This document shows, piece after piece, positions 9,066-18,908 of a stretch of 64,000 bases of DNA. This DNA comes from an uncultured Candidatus Saccharibacteria bacterium (GTDB lineage Bacteria; Patescibacteriota; Minisyncoccia; Phycocordibacterales; Zambryskibacteraceae). The notes under the pieces were generated by a model. That model had not been told where the DNA came from, did not search any database, and worked only from the letters and a program-made list of their open reading frames with translations. The first letter of the stretch is position 1, and each line of letters begins with the position of its first letter. Position numbers and translations under genes: made by a program. The DNA is taken from the NCBI GenBank assembly GCA_964582295.1, contig CAZOQP010000001.1, positions 84,754-148,753 of the forward strand, written 5' to 3'.

Positions 9066-9797
9066 TTATACGCCCCCCATCTCGTCACGATGGGGGGTTT
9101 GATTTTGGCGGATAAATTTCGCAGTAAGCCTGGTGGCATACTTTACGCTTTCCGTCACTTTTTTCCCTTTAATAAATGATGAGATGAAATAAGCAAAGAA
9201 AGTATCTCCCGCACCTATGGTGTGTCTCGTGCCAATGACGGTCTCAGCTGGCACCTGGGTTGAAGCACTATTTTCAAAAACCGTACAGCCGTTCCTGCCT
9301 TCGGTCATGAGTAATATTTTATTTTTTTGCATGTCCATAAAATCTAAAGGTATGAATTGCGATTCCTGTTTAGTGCATTTGAGACATACGATATTACTAG
9401 TAATATTTTTGGAAGGAACCCATTCTTTTTTCTTGCCAAAATCAACTCCATTCCTCACGTATCCTTGAGCATCAAGGAATATTTGCCCTTTATATTCGCT
9501 AATATTACTTAAATCGAAATCATCTAGAACACTCGAGATGAGGAGGAAAGGCGTTTTTATGGAAGAAAAATCGACCTGCATTGAGGGAAACTCCCTATTC
9601 ATTTTTCCGAACTCCTCGCCATCCTTCAAGAGAATGTCCACACTTAGAACCGGCGGTGAAATCATGGAAAATTCGACATTCTCCTTCTGAAGTGCGGCGG
9701 AAATAAAAAATGCCGGTCCTCCGTTCCGGGATTCAAGCGCGGCGCCAGTCTCGTCTACCAGCTTATCTTCAGCAGATGTCGCCAAAACAGTCAGCAT
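9066..9797 (-). CDS. PfkB-family carbohydrate/nucleoside kinase (short)
   Basis: C-terminal PfkB signature TIGAGDTFFAYF. Confidence 0.55.
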   Translation of the reverse strand: MLTVLATSAEDKLVDETGAALESRNGGPAFFISAALQKENVEFSMISPPVLSVDILLKDGEEFGKMNREFPSMQVDFSSIKTPFLLISSVLDDFDLSNISEYKGQIFLDAQGYVRNGVDFGKKKEWVPSKNITSNIVCLKCTKQESQFIPLDFMDMQKNKILLMTEGRNGCTVFENSASTQVPAETVIGTRHTIGAGDTFFAYFISSFIKGKKVTESVKYATRLTAKFIRQNQTPHRDEMGGV

Positions 9798-9807
9798 CTT
9801 TTTCCTC

Positions 9808-10338
9808 TTATTGTGCTGAAAGTTCCAGAGCTAAAGCGACTGCCTCATCGGGTGTTTTGGCTGACCGTACCTTGAATCTCTGTCTATCATCAATATAAGT
9901 GTCTACCAATTTATCGGCCCAGCCGCCTGTCCCTGCAATTGCAATAACGGGAATATTCAATTGATACGCAATCGCTGCTTCAGTTAAAGTCCCCGACCCT
10001 CCGGACAGGATAATAACGACATCACAAGAATTCACGAGAACGAATTCTCTTCCCCCTCCGCGCTCAAGCCCGCTTGAAATTATGACGTCGGTATTGTTCT
10101 CTTTGTCCCATATATCTTTCCCCTTTCCATATGTTACGCCAACAGTAAGACCACCCGCGCTTTTCGCTCCGCGTGCAGCAGCAGTGGAAAGAGAATCATA
10201 ATCTTTTTCCGCACCATAAATAGTGATGTTGCCAGTCTCGGCGATGCGTTTGCCAATTTCAAAAGCTATTTTTTCTATATCTTTTGTGTACTGGAGATCG
10301 GCAGCCGATCCCATGACACCAATCTGAATTTTTCTCAT
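9808..10338 (-). CDS. LOG / TIGR00725 family Rossmann-fold nucleotide-binding protein
   Basis: IGVMGSA N-terminus and SGGSGTLTE motif resemble the LOG-family GGxGTxxE motif. Confidence 0.55.
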   Translation of the reverse strand: MRKIQIGVMGSAADLQYTKDIEKIAFEIGKRIAETGNITIYGAEKDYDSLSTAAARGAKSAGGLTVGVTYGKGKDIWDKENNTDVIISSGLERGGGREFVLVNSCDVVIILSGGSGTLTEAAIAYQLNIPVIAIAGTGGWADKLVDTYIDDRQRFKVRSAKTPDEAVALALELSAQ

Positions 10339-10413
10339 AAGATGTATTATTCACAAAATTTTCCCAAAAACAAACACCCTCCGCAATCAATAGCAAAGGG
10401 TGTCTGGTAACTC

Positions 10414-11370
10414 TTACAACGCGTCCACCGCTAACTGAAGTGTAGACAAGATCGGTACCATGTCATTGTTCCATCCGAGCGGGCGTCGATCGATATCCCG
10501 ATTGTAGACGACACGCGAAGAAACCAACTGAATTGTCCTCCACAAGTCTATCGACTGATGGAGACAGAAGAGCGACCACTCCCTCACTTTTTCAGGAGGA
10601 ATACTCGCCCACTTCTCCACATCACCAAATGGATGAACATACGACGCCCCCATTTCTGGTACATCAGGGACCGGCTCTCCATTGATCATACGCCCGACAA
10701 GTCGTCCGGAAAGAGGCACGCCGGGATAAAAATCACGCTCGCAGACTTCATCAATGACATTGCCAAGATGGATCGCGGAGTGAATTTTGAGACCTGGATT
10801 ATCCTCACTGCACGAAGTGAGAATATTTTCCTTGCCATCACCGATGGATACCGCCGCGACAATCCGGCCGACCTTGACTCCCGCTTGGTTGAACAGCTTC
10901 ACAACATCAATGATGTTATCTCCGCTGAATACAACATCATCGACGAGCTGGATGTGTTGCCCTGGCGGAAGTTGCTGAACGATACGTTCAATCTGGTCGG
11001 AGATTGATTCTCCGCTTCTGGAACCGTGTCCGATTGGCGTTTTCTGCGAGTCGGCAATCCTGGTCCAGCGGAAATAGTGCCCCCTATCTGTATATACGCG
11101 ATCGAGAGAAATGGTTGGACAGTGCCCATCGACGATCAGGGAATCGAAAGCTTCCATGATTTCTTCCGCTGACAGGAGAACAATCCTGTAATCAGGGAAG
11201 ATACTGGCAAGCTTCGCTTTCATTCTGCGCCGGAGAGCTCTGAAAACCTCATTGCCGGGGCATATGAATCCCCTCTTCTTGCACCACCGCGCCAACAAGA
11301 TATCAATGTCTTGTGACACTACATACTGTTGACGATGGTCATCCTCCTGTATCGAAGTTCTGTAATCCAC
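10414..11370 (-). CDS. phosphoribosyltransferase-domain protein
   Basis: PRT-like motif LVDDVVFSGDN. The remainder is of unknown function. Confidence 0.4.
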   Translation of the reverse strand: MDYRTSIQEDDHRQQYVVSQDIDILLARWCKKRGFICPGNEVFRALRRRMKAKLASIFPDYRIVLLSAEEIMEAFDSLIVDGHCPTISLDRVYTDRGHYFRWTRIADSQKTPIGHGSRSGESISDQIERIVQQLPPGQHIQLVDDVVFSGDNIIDVVKLFNQAGVKVGRIVAAVSIGDGKENILTSCSEDNPGLKIHSAIHLGNVIDEVCERDFYPGVPLSGRLVGRMINGEPVPDVPEMGASYVHPFGDVEKWASIPPEKVREWSLFCLHQSIDLWRTIQLVSSRVVYNRDIDRRPLGWNNDMVPILSTLQLAVDAL

Positions 11371-11487
11371 TGATCTACCCTCCTTCGGGGCTTGTGTTAC
11401 AAGTGACGAATGACGACGAGCAAAAGAGGCCCGTAGGACTCTCGTTTTCTACATCAAGAGTACGGCGATATTGAACATTTGTCAATA

Positions 11488-13005
11488 CTATATGGCTAAG
11501 TTCCTCATCACCTCTCTGACCTTCTCGATATCCTTATGCAGTTCTCTATCATGACTCAAAAAAGGAACTTTCCTGCGGATCGCTTTATAATAAATTTTTG
11601 TGAGTTTGCCCAATTTTTTAGGATTCCTGAAATCTATAGCCTGGCAAGCGGTAAGGAACTCAATTGCCAAAACATTTTCAACATTCTCAATAATCTTAAC
11701 CGCTTTCCGTACAGCAATAGTTCCCATGCTCACATGATCTTCCTGGTTTGCCGATGTTGGTATGGAGTCAACGGAAGCAGGATGGGCAAGAACTTTATTT
11801 TCCGATACCAATGCTGCTGCAGTGTATTGCGAGATCATGAGTCCGCTATGAAGACCCGCCTTGTCAGGCGAGATCAAAAAAGCAGGGAGTCCGTTGCTGG
11901 TTGATGGATCTATGAGTTTTGCAGTACGTCTTTCCGAGATGTTTGCTATCTCAGAAATTGCTATTGCAAGAGTATCGAAAGCGATAGCGATAGGTTCACC
12001 ATGAAAGTTACCTCCCGAGATCGCCTGATCCGGGTTTTGGAATATGAGTGGATTATCGGTTACGGAATTCAGCTCCCTGACGACCGTCTCCTCTACATAT
12101 GCGATGGCGTCTCTCGATGCACCGTGAATTTGAGGTGTGCAGCGTAAAGAATAAGAGTCCTGTATTCTCCCGGGAACCGAATCGATCAGTCGGGAGCCAG
12201 CTATGAATTTCCTTATATTTTCTGCGACCAGTTTTTGGCCGGGATGCGGTCGAAGGTTATGGATGCGTTTATCAAAAGCGGAAGAAACGGCACATGATGC
12301 TTCAAGGGTAAGAGCACATCCGACATCGGCCAGATTTACGAGTTTTTTTGTCTTTACCAAAGCAAGAGCGGCAAGCCCCGTCATTACAGATGTCCCGTTA
12401 TTAAATGCCAAACCCTCTTTTGCAGCCAAAACTGTAGGACTCAAACCGGCTTTTTTCATAGCCGTGCCGCCGGGCATGAGCTTTCCTTTATAAAAAGCCT
12501 TTCCTTCTCCCATAAGTACCAAACCGATATGAGACAAGGGGGCCAAATCTCCGGAGGAGCCCACTGAACCTTGCGATGGTACTGCAGGAATTACATTTCT
12601 ATTGATCATTTCGCAAAACAACTCCAGGAATTCCAGACGTACACCGGAATATCCCTGTGCGAGGGAGTTGAGGCGAACAAGCATGGCCGCTTTTACTTGT
12701 TCTATGGAAAAAAGTTCACCTACTCCTGTCGAATGACTCCTGATCAGATTTTTCTGCAATTCTTCCACATCCTCTGCTGAGATCAACTTGTCCTTAAAAC
12801 TGCCGAAGCCGGTGGTAATTCCATAAACGACTTTCCTCCCTTTCAACATCCTCTCAACTACATCTCTGGATTTTTTGATGCGTCTTTTGGCGATAGCAGA
12901 TAGTTTTACTTTCGCTTTGACGTTATGAGCAACGAGATCTACAGCTTCAGGGGACAGATGGTGGTCTGGGCCAATTTCCAGGTTGCTTGTAGCCATTTTT
13001 ATCAA
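11488..13005 (-). CDS. hutH: aromatic amino acid ammonia-lyase family (histidine ammonia-lyase-like)
   Basis: Lyase_aromatic fold. The MIO-forming region reads GSVGSSGDLAPL, i.e. SSG in place of the canonical ASG. Confidence 0.75.
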   Translation of the reverse strand: MIKMATSNLEIGPDHHLSPEAVDLVAHNVKAKVKLSAIAKRRIKKSRDVVERMLKGRKVVYGITTGFGSFKDKLISAEDVEELQKNLIRSHSTGVGELFSIEQVKAAMLVRLNSLAQGYSGVRLEFLELFCEMINRNVIPAVPSQGSVGSSGDLAPLSHIGLVLMGEGKAFYKGKLMPGGTAMKKAGLSPTVLAAKEGLAFNNGTSVMTGLAALALVKTKKLVNLADVGCALTLEASCAVSSAFDKRIHNLRPHPGQKLVAENIRKFIAGSRLIDSVPGRIQDSYSLRCTPQIHGASRDAIAYVEETVVRELNSVTDNPLIFQNPDQAISGGNFHGEPIAIAFDTLAIAISEIANISERRTAKLIDPSTSNGLPAFLISPDKAGLHSGLMISQYTAAALVSENKVLAHPASVDSIPTSANQEDHVSMGTIAVRKAVKIIENVENVLAIEFLTACQAIDFRNPKKLGKLTKIYYKAIRRKVPFLSHDRELHKDIEKVREVMRNLAI

Positions 13006-13324
13006 TACTAATCCTTGACAAGGTAAAAATCAAATGCCAGACATAATCAAAAATCTGGAATGCAGATAACTTGATTTTTTCGAAAAAATCAGCATAATCA
13101 ATACTGATGCATTACATGCACACAAAACTGAATAATCAGTGGATGACCCCGGCCTACCGTGGTCTTTTCTCCATTGTCTGCGATTGCAGAAACATTTTAT
13201 TCAGCCGTGATAGTTGTAGCGTATAACTCCCCTATCTTTTCTCTCTAGAAAAATCTCGGCTGGATGAAAAAGCCGAGATTTTTCATTTAGCAATGTTCTT
13301 TCTTAAAACTTCACAGGAGAAAAA

Positions 13325-13918
13325 ATGGGGAAGAAAACTGCTGTTCCTAGGATTGTGTTTCGCATGGGTCGGCGTATTTATCTGCGTCCGGTACTCATGG
13401 AAGACATCCCACTTATCACAGTATGGATCAATGATCAGGATGTCACTCAATTCCTGATGGCTTCTATTCCTCTTACACCAGAAGCAGAAGAAACATGGAG
13501 AAAAAATCTGCAAGCAAAAGAAGACCAGGTAATTTTCGCTATCGTCTTGAAAAAAACGGATGAGATCATCGGAATCATGGGACTTCACCATATCAACCAC
13601 AAACACGGAACTGCCACCACTGGCTCTTTCATTGGACGCAAAGATCTATGGAGCAAAGGATACGGTACAGAAGCGAAGATGATAGTTCTCGAGTACGCAT
13701 TCAACACTCTTAATCTCCGAAAAATTTCATCCTCAGTAGCTGATTTCAATCCCCGAAGTAAAAGGTGCTTGGAAAAGTGTGGTTACAAAGTTGAAGGAAC
13801 ACAAAAAGCAGAATACTTCCGTAACGGAAGATATGTGGACAAAATCCTTCTCGCGGTTTTCAAGGATGAATTTCTTCCGTTCTGGAAAAAGTACAAAAAG
13901 GAATTCCTGAAAAACTAA
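13325..13918 (+). CDS. GNAT-family N-acetyltransferase (RimJ/RimL-like)
   Basis: Acetyl-CoA binding region with a GNAT fold pattern. Confidence 0.65.
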   Translation: MGKKTAVPRIVFRMGRRIYLRPVLMEDIPLITVWINDQDVTQFLMASIPLTPEAEETWRKNLQAKEDQVIFAIVLKKTDEIIGIMGLHHINHKHGTATTGSFIGRKDLWSKGYGTEAKMIVLEYAFNTLNLRKISSSVADFNPRSKRCLEKCGYKVEGTQKAEYFRNGRYVDKILLAVFKDEFLPFWKKYKKEFLKN

Positions 13919-13921
13919 AAG

Positions 13922-13955
13922 AAAAACACCGGTTCTCGGCCCGGTGTTTTCTCTT
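13922..13955. terminator. bidirectional terminator between convergent genes
   Basis: AAAAACACCGG-TTCTCGG-CCGGTGTTTT hairpin followed by a T-rich tract. Confidence 0.55.
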
Positions 13956-13971
13956 TGGTATTTTTGCAAAC

Positions 13972-14502
13972 CTACAAAGCTCTATTTATAGAAATGCTTA
14001 CTTCGCGGGTAGCTTCCTCAAGACTTGCGATAGCAATGATTACAGTAGTGCTTACATTCTGAACAGTGCGCCTTGCAAAAATAGTGGCACGTGAGCCGTC
14101 AACCTGGCTTGATGTTACCTCAAAGCCATTCTTCCTCATATATTCAAGATACGCTTCAAAAAGTCCGTTAGAGCTTGAGCTTGTCTTGTAGGTAGTTACA
14201 TAAACATCTGCCATGCGACCGTCTTTTGCCGTAGCGATAGAGTGATGCGAGCGGCTGATGTCCGCATCTTTTACCAAAATAAGATCTTTACTGAATCCCT
14301 CAACCAATTTTCCTGCTGGTGCTGTGTCCTGCAACTGAAGATTGAAATACCTCCCCTCTCCTTTGCCCCACCAGAAACCGGCAGCAATAAGAGCGATGAT
14401 GACTGCAAGAAGAATGAGAAGGGCCGGAACAGGGGATTTCTTCGGCTCTTCTTTGACCGGGGCGAAGCTGCCCATATTCATATTGTTAACTTGAGGTTCC
14501 AT
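13972..14502 (-). CDS. membrane-anchored hypothetical protein
   Basis: ORF 13972..14571. A single TM (PVPALLILLAVIIALIAAGFWW) follows a Lys-rich segment. The start is uncertain; MEPQ at 14502 is used here. Confidence 0.4.
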   Translation of the reverse strand: MEPQVNNMNMGSFAPVKEEPKKSPVPALLILLAVIIALIAAGFWWGKGEGRYFNLQLQDTAPAGKLVEGFSKDLILVKDADISRSHHSIATAKDGRMADVYVTTYKTSSSSNGLFEAYLEYMRKNGFEVTSSQVDGSRATIFARRTVQNVSTTVIIAIASLEEATREVSISINRAL

Positions 14503-14588
14503 ACTACATCCAGTGTAACACCGCCTGAAGTGTGCAATGTTTTTAATCCACAGGTACTTGGGGTAAAGCACCGAAATTCAGTGCCCAG

Positions 14589-14616
14589 TTGACAAAAAAC
14601 ATCGTATGTGTATAAT
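14589..14616 (+). promoter_or_regulatory. sigma70-type promoter for nusA (TTGACA - 16 nt - TGTGTATAAT)
   Basis: Consensus -35 and extended -10 elements, about 65 nt upstream of the nusA ATG. Confidence 0.55.
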
Positions 14617-14634
14617 GCTCACATTAATAGTAAT

Positions 14635-14665
14635 GGTTCGCCCGAAAGGGCGGGCCATTATTTTT
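14635..14665 (+). promoter_or_regulatory. leader hairpin with GAAA tetraloop followed by AUUAUUUUU (possible attenuator) in the nusA 5' leader
   Basis: 9-bp stem GGTTCGCCC/GGGCGGGCC with a GNRA loop and a U-tract. Sits between the promoter -10 and the start codon. Confidence 0.4.
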
Positions 14666-14679
14666 AGACAAAATAAAAC

Positions 14680-15951
14680 ATGTTTGACCTAAAAGTCATC
14701 AATTCAGTGCTCCAGGAGCTTGAAGAAACCCGCGGCATACCGCGTGAAAAAGTTATAGAAGCCATTGAAGCCGCGCTTGCGACCGCCTACCGAAAAGAAT
14801 TCGGCAAGCGCGGCCAGGTTGTGCGCGCCAAATTTGATATTACTACCGGAAAGGTGGACTTTTTCCAGGTGAAAACAGTGGTGGACGACAGCCGTGTGGT
14901 GATGACGGACGAAGACCTCGCCATTGAACGCGTGGAAAATCCTGAATCTCTGCGTGTGCTTTTCAATCCGGAACACGACATCATGATAGATGACGCACGC
15001 CTTATAAAAAGAGATGCGGAAATAGACGGCGAGATAGTCTTCCCTCTTGAAGCCAAAGCTGATTTCGGACGCATCGCATCCCAAACAGCAAAGCAGGTCA
15101 TCATGCAGAAGATCCGCGAAGCTGAAAAAGTATCGGTCGTTGGTGAATTCGGCAAGAGAGAAGGAGAGATTATTTCCGGCACCGTGCAAAGAATTGAACG
15201 CGGCAATATTTTCCTTGACCTCGGGCGTGCCACCGGCCTTCTTTCATACGACGAAAGAATACCAGGCGAACATTTCACACAAGGCGAAAGAGTGCGCGCA
15301 TATCTTTACCGCGTAGAGGAAAGTCCTCGCGGAGTTTTCCTGCGCCTTTCGCGTTCTCATCCTAAATTCGTGGAGAAACTTTTTGAACTTGAATCGCCCG
15401 AAGTGGCAAACGGCACTGTGGTAGTGAAAGCTGTGGCACGAGAAGCCGGCTCCCGCACCAAAATAGCCGCATCTTCAGAAGACCAGCATGTTGACCCAGT
15501 GGGCTCAATGGTTGGCCAGCGCGGCGTGCGTGTTTCAACTGTAATGTCCGAAATAGGCGGAGAAAAAATAGACATCATAGAGTGGTCTGCAGATGCAAAA
15601 CGCTTCATAGAAGACTCTCTTTCCCCTGCAAAAGTCATGAACGTGGAAGTGGACGAGGAAAATCGCCAGGCAACGGTTGAAGTTTCGGAAGACCAGCAGT
15701 CGCTTGCCATCGGCCGCGGCGGGCAGAATGTACGCCTAGCTGCAAAACTCACCGGCTTCAAACTTGATATTCATTCATTGGGCGGTATGGAACTTGCTCA
15801 CGCAGATGTTACCCCCGATGCAACAATTGAGCCGGCACCTATTGCACAAGATATCCATGGAGAAGCGCCTGTAATAGAAGAGACGCTCAAGGACGTGAAG
15901 GAAGCACTTGAAGATTCTAAGGGAGCTTCAGGGGAGGAAACCAAGGCCTAA
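14680..15951 (+). CDS. nusA: transcription termination/antitermination factor NusA
   Basis: NusA N-terminal domain, S1 and KH domains. The MFDLKVINSVLQELEETRGIPREKVIEAIEAAL N-terminus is typical. Confidence 0.9.
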   Translation: MFDLKVINSVLQELEETRGIPREKVIEAIEAALATAYRKEFGKRGQVVRAKFDITTGKVDFFQVKTVVDDSRVVMTDEDLAIERVENPESLRVLFNPEHDIMIDDARLIKRDAEIDGEIVFPLEAKADFGRIASQTAKQVIMQKIREAEKVSVVGEFGKREGEIISGTVQRIERGNIFLDLGRATGLLSYDERIPGEHFTQGERVRAYLYRVEESPRGVFLRLSRSHPKFVEKLFELESPEVANGTVVVKAVAREAGSRTKIAASSEDQHVDPVGSMVGQRGVRVSTVMSEIGGEKIDIIEWSADAKRFIEDSLSPAKVMNVEVDEENRQATVEVSEDQQSLAIGRGGQNVRLAAKLTGFKLDIHSLGGMELAHADVTPDATIEPAPIAQDIHGEAPVIEETLKDVKEALEDSKGASGEETKA

Positions 15952-16033
15952 TTGCGCCCAAGTCTCATAGAGATATAATGTATGCGATACATTGGTATCG
16001 CGCTCTTACCCGCTAACTACCCTACTTAAACTT

Positions 16034-16786
16034 ATGAAAATACAGCCGTTCGTAATAACCGCCGCCATCGCCCTTTCCTTCGCAGTCGCATCGGCCGCAT
16101 TCGCACAGGAGGAAGAAACAAGACCTGAAAGCATAAAAACACCTTTCCGCTCCGCTATTGAAACTGTAAAGGAGAACTTCAAAGCTTCAACCGAACCATT
16201 GCGAAAGGATTTGGATGTACAAAGAGAAGAGGCCAAGAAAAAACTTGAAGCCAGCCGGGCAGAGGTGAAAGAGAAAACAGAGGCCCAAAGAGCAGATATG
16301 AAGCAGAAAGTGGATACCCTGAAGACCGAAAGAAAAGTAGAATTCAGGAAGATCCGTGAAGAAGATAAGGATGTCTCGCGCAAGAATGTAGAGAAGAACC
16401 TTACAAAATACATCGGAAATGCAGTAGAGAGATTGAGCAATGCCGTTACCAATCTTGAAAATGTAGTAACTCGCCTCAATGAACGCATTGAACTTCTTAA
16501 CAATGACGGCAAAGATACCACCGTGGCCTCCGCATTGGTAGCTGAGGCTGTAGCCAAAATAGAATCTGCCAAAACAGGCATTGCGGCTCTTCCTGCGCTT
16601 CAAACAGACGGCTTGCAGGCAGAAAAGCTTTCCGAAGGAATAACTGTTGTCAGGGAATCTCTCAAAAATATCCAGGACGACCTGAAATCTGCTAAAGAGT
16701 CTCTTATAAAGGCACTTCGGGAGGTAAAAGGACTTGGGCCGATAGAGAAAATAGAGGCAGATGCAGGATCTCAAGCAGCAGAATAA
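16034..16786 (+). CDS. secreted coiled-coil protein, hypothetical
   Basis: ORF 15992..16786; the likely start is MKIQPFVITAAIALSFAVASAAFAQ (signal peptide). The rest is Lys/Glu-rich coiled coil. Confidence 0.4.
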   Translation: MKIQPFVITAAIALSFAVASAAFAQEEETRPESIKTPFRSAIETVKENFKASTEPLRKDLDVQREEAKKKLEASRAEVKEKTEAQRADMKQKVDTLKTERKVEFRKIREEDKDVSRKNVEKNLTKYIGNAVERLSNAVTNLENVVTRLNERIELLNNDGKDTTVASALVAEAVAKIESAKTGIAALPALQTDGLQAEKLSEGITVVRESLKNIQDDLKSAKESLIKALREVKGLGPIEKIEADAGSQAAE

Positions 16787-16804
16787 ACTTAAAAATAAAT
16801 CAAC

Positions 16805-17074
16805 ATGTACACACCAGACTACAACAACGCAATGATGCAGAGTGAGCCGGAGGGCGGTTCGTGGGGTTCTCTTATTGCGATAATCGTCATAATAGCGATC
16901 ATCGTTCTCGGAGGAGTATACTTCTGGGGCAAGAATAAAGCGGGTGTCCCAAACGAAGCGAACAACTCGTCTTTAACTACAGATCCGGAAGATATTGAAG
17001 CGGACCTCAATAACACCGACTTAGATATTGAAGCGGACTTGAATGCGATAGATGCTGGCGTACTGGGAAGCTAA
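16805..17074 (+). CDS. small single-TM protein with acidic repeat tail
   Basis: One TM (LIAIIVIIAIIVLGGVYFW) and a repeated DIEADLN motif. Confidence 0.35.
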   Translation: MYTPDYNNAMMQSEPEGGSWGSLIAIIVIIAIIVLGGVYFWGKNKAGVPNEANNSSLTTDPEDIEADLNNTDLDIEADLNAIDAGVLGS

Positions 17075-17094
17075 CTGGAAAAGAAAATAATGGG

Positions 17095-17133
17095 CACACA
17101 AAAAATAGCGACATGTCGCTATTTTTTGTGTGC
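17095..17133 (+). terminator. rho-independent terminator
   Basis: Perfect palindrome AAAAAATAGCGACATGTCGCTATTTTTT followed by GTGTG. Confidence 0.6.
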
Positions 17134-17164
17134 TGGCTTGTGTTTTTAGGTAGTACATTGTAGG

Positions 17165-18205
17165 TTGTCTGTTGTAAGTCAAATACTTATGGCAAAAGCA
17201 TATAAAAAAGTCAGCCTCCAAAAAAGCGACGGTTCCCGCATAAAAATAGCGGCCTCGGTTGAGTGGAAAAAACTTGAAGAGAAGGCCCAGGAAGCCCTGC
17301 AGGCAATGCTCCTATCTGCCGAGCTTCCGGGATTCAGAAAGGGTAAAGTCCCGAAAGACGTTTTCATTGAAAAGGTAGGTGAAATGACCATCCTTGAAGA
17401 AGGTGCCGAAAGAGCTATTGCGGATGCATATCCTGAAATAATCCGCGACCAAAAACTTCTGCCGGTATCACGCCCGATCATTCGCATCACAAAACTGGCT
17501 GCCAAGAACGACCTTGAATTTGAAGCCGAAGTTGAAACCATGCCAGACATTGAACTCCCAGATTACAAAAACATCGCCAAAAGCGTACCCACAGAAGCTC
17601 CGGACACAACTGTTACAGACGAGGAAGTGGACACGGTGCTTCACAATCTCCAGCACCAGGTAATGAAAACCGCGGATGAAAAAGAAAATCATCCAGAGAT
17701 CAATGACGAATTCGCAAAGAAGGTGGGCAATTTTTCATCCCTTGATGAATTGAAAAAACACATCCGTGAAAATATCGTGGTTGAAAAAGAACTGCGCGCA
17801 AAAGACAAACGTCGCGCCGCCATCGCCGAAAAACTCATTTCAGAAACTAAAGGAGATCTGCCGAGTGTTCTTCTAGACGACGAAGCCCGTGCCCTTTTGG
17901 AAAGACTGAAATTTGATCTTGGGAACGCCGGAGTGAAATGGGACGAGTATCTGAAAAATATAAACAAGACCGAACAAGAAATTCTAAAAGAAGTGCGTCC
18001 TGATGCTGAAAAAAGAGTGCGATTGGAAATTGCAGTTGCAAAAATAGCCAAAGCCGAAAAACTTGAGCCCAAAGCGGAAGAAATAAAGGGTGAGGTTGAT
18101 AAAATATTGAAAATGCACGCAAGTGCCGACCCTATCCGCGCCGAAGAATATGTGCGCTCCGTTCTAATGAACAGAGATGTTTTCCGTTTTTTGGAAACTC
18201 TTTAA
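17165..18205 (+). CDS. tig: trigger factor (short form)
   Basis: PGFRKGKVP trigger-factor signature in the N-terminal ribosome-binding domain. Shorter than canonical TF; no obvious PPIase domain. Confidence 0.75.
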   Translation: MSVVSQILMAKAYKKVSLQKSDGSRIKIAASVEWKKLEEKAQEALQAMLLSAELPGFRKGKVPKDVFIEKVGEMTILEEGAERAIADAYPEIIRDQKLLPVSRPIIRITKLAAKNDLEFEAEVETMPDIELPDYKNIAKSVPTEAPDTTVTDEEVDTVLHNLQHQVMKTADEKENHPEINDEFAKKVGNFSSLDELKKHIRENIVVEKELRAKDKRRAAIAEKLISETKGDLPSVLLDDEARALLERLKFDLGNAGVKWDEYLKNINKTEQEILKEVRPDAEKRVRLEIAVAKIAKAEKLEPKAEEIKGEVDKILKMHASADPIRAEEYVRSVLMNRDVFRFLETL

Positions 18206-18220
18206 TTTTTTGTAATGAGG

Positions 18221-18255
18221 AAAGTCCGCCACAACATCGTGAGCGGACTTTTTAC
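18221..18255. terminator. terminator between convergent tig and 18252..18839
   Basis: AAAGTCCGC-loop-GCGGACTTTTT hairpin. Confidence 0.55.
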
Positions 18256-18839
18256 TCGGATGGATGATTCTCCACGTACCCTGCTGGAAGTACTTGTGTC
18301 ATGAGACAAACGGAGTCACCGAACATATTTTCTACCTTGTTTTCTCCGTCTCGGGAAACCCTGTTCTCATGCTCATAGTAGGCCGCGGTATCCAAACGAA
18401 GGAATCTCTGGGACTCTGTTCCTTCAAGACATGGAAGGAGCGGGCCATACTCACTAGCGACAGGATTGCCCAAAGCGAAGATCCTTTGTTCCTTTTGAAG
18501 TTTTGGGAGAAGTTCCGCCAATGCAAGAAGCTCCCATATGGAAGACTTGCGTAACGGCTTCTTCATCTTCCTGCGCAATCTCATGACACTCCGAATTTCC
18601 TTCTGTACTTCGCTCCAAGAAGGCCTGAGCTGGCCTAGAGGAATGAGCTCCAAGCCAACAGAATCTACCCTTTCCCCCCTGCGAGGGAAAAGATCGGAAG
18701 TGAACATTCCTGTCGGAGAATCCTTTGTCCTCCCGGTGATGAGGTCGAAACGCCCCCGTGCCACAACTTCTTCTATTGTTTTCTGCCAGTCAACAACAGC
18801 CGAGTACTCAAGGAACAAACTCCCTATCTTTGTAGGCAT
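18252..18839 (-). CDS. hypothetical protein
   Basis: ORF only. No recognisable motifs. Confidence 0.35.
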   Translation of the reverse strand: MPTKIGSLFLEYSAVVDWQKTIEEVVARGRFDLITGRTKDSPTGMFTSDLFPRRGERVDSVGLELIPLGQLRPSWSEVQKEIRSVMRLRRKMKKPLRKSSIWELLALAELLPKLQKEQRIFALGNPVASEYGPLLPCLEGTESQRFLRLDTAAYYEHENRVSRDGENKVENMFGDSVCLMTQVLPAGYVENHPSE

Positions 18840-18908
18840 ATATCTCTCCTGGAAAAGATCTTCCTACGCTCATTAAATGCCTTTTAGCGGGCGGGGTCAA
18901 CCCCGTAA

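Noticed and set aside
18215-18235. GAGGAAAGTCCGCC resembles the RNase P RNA P4 region (GAGGAAAGUCCGGGC).
   Set aside because: It is simply the 5' arm of the tig terminator hairpin. No other RNase P RNA conserved regions are nearby.
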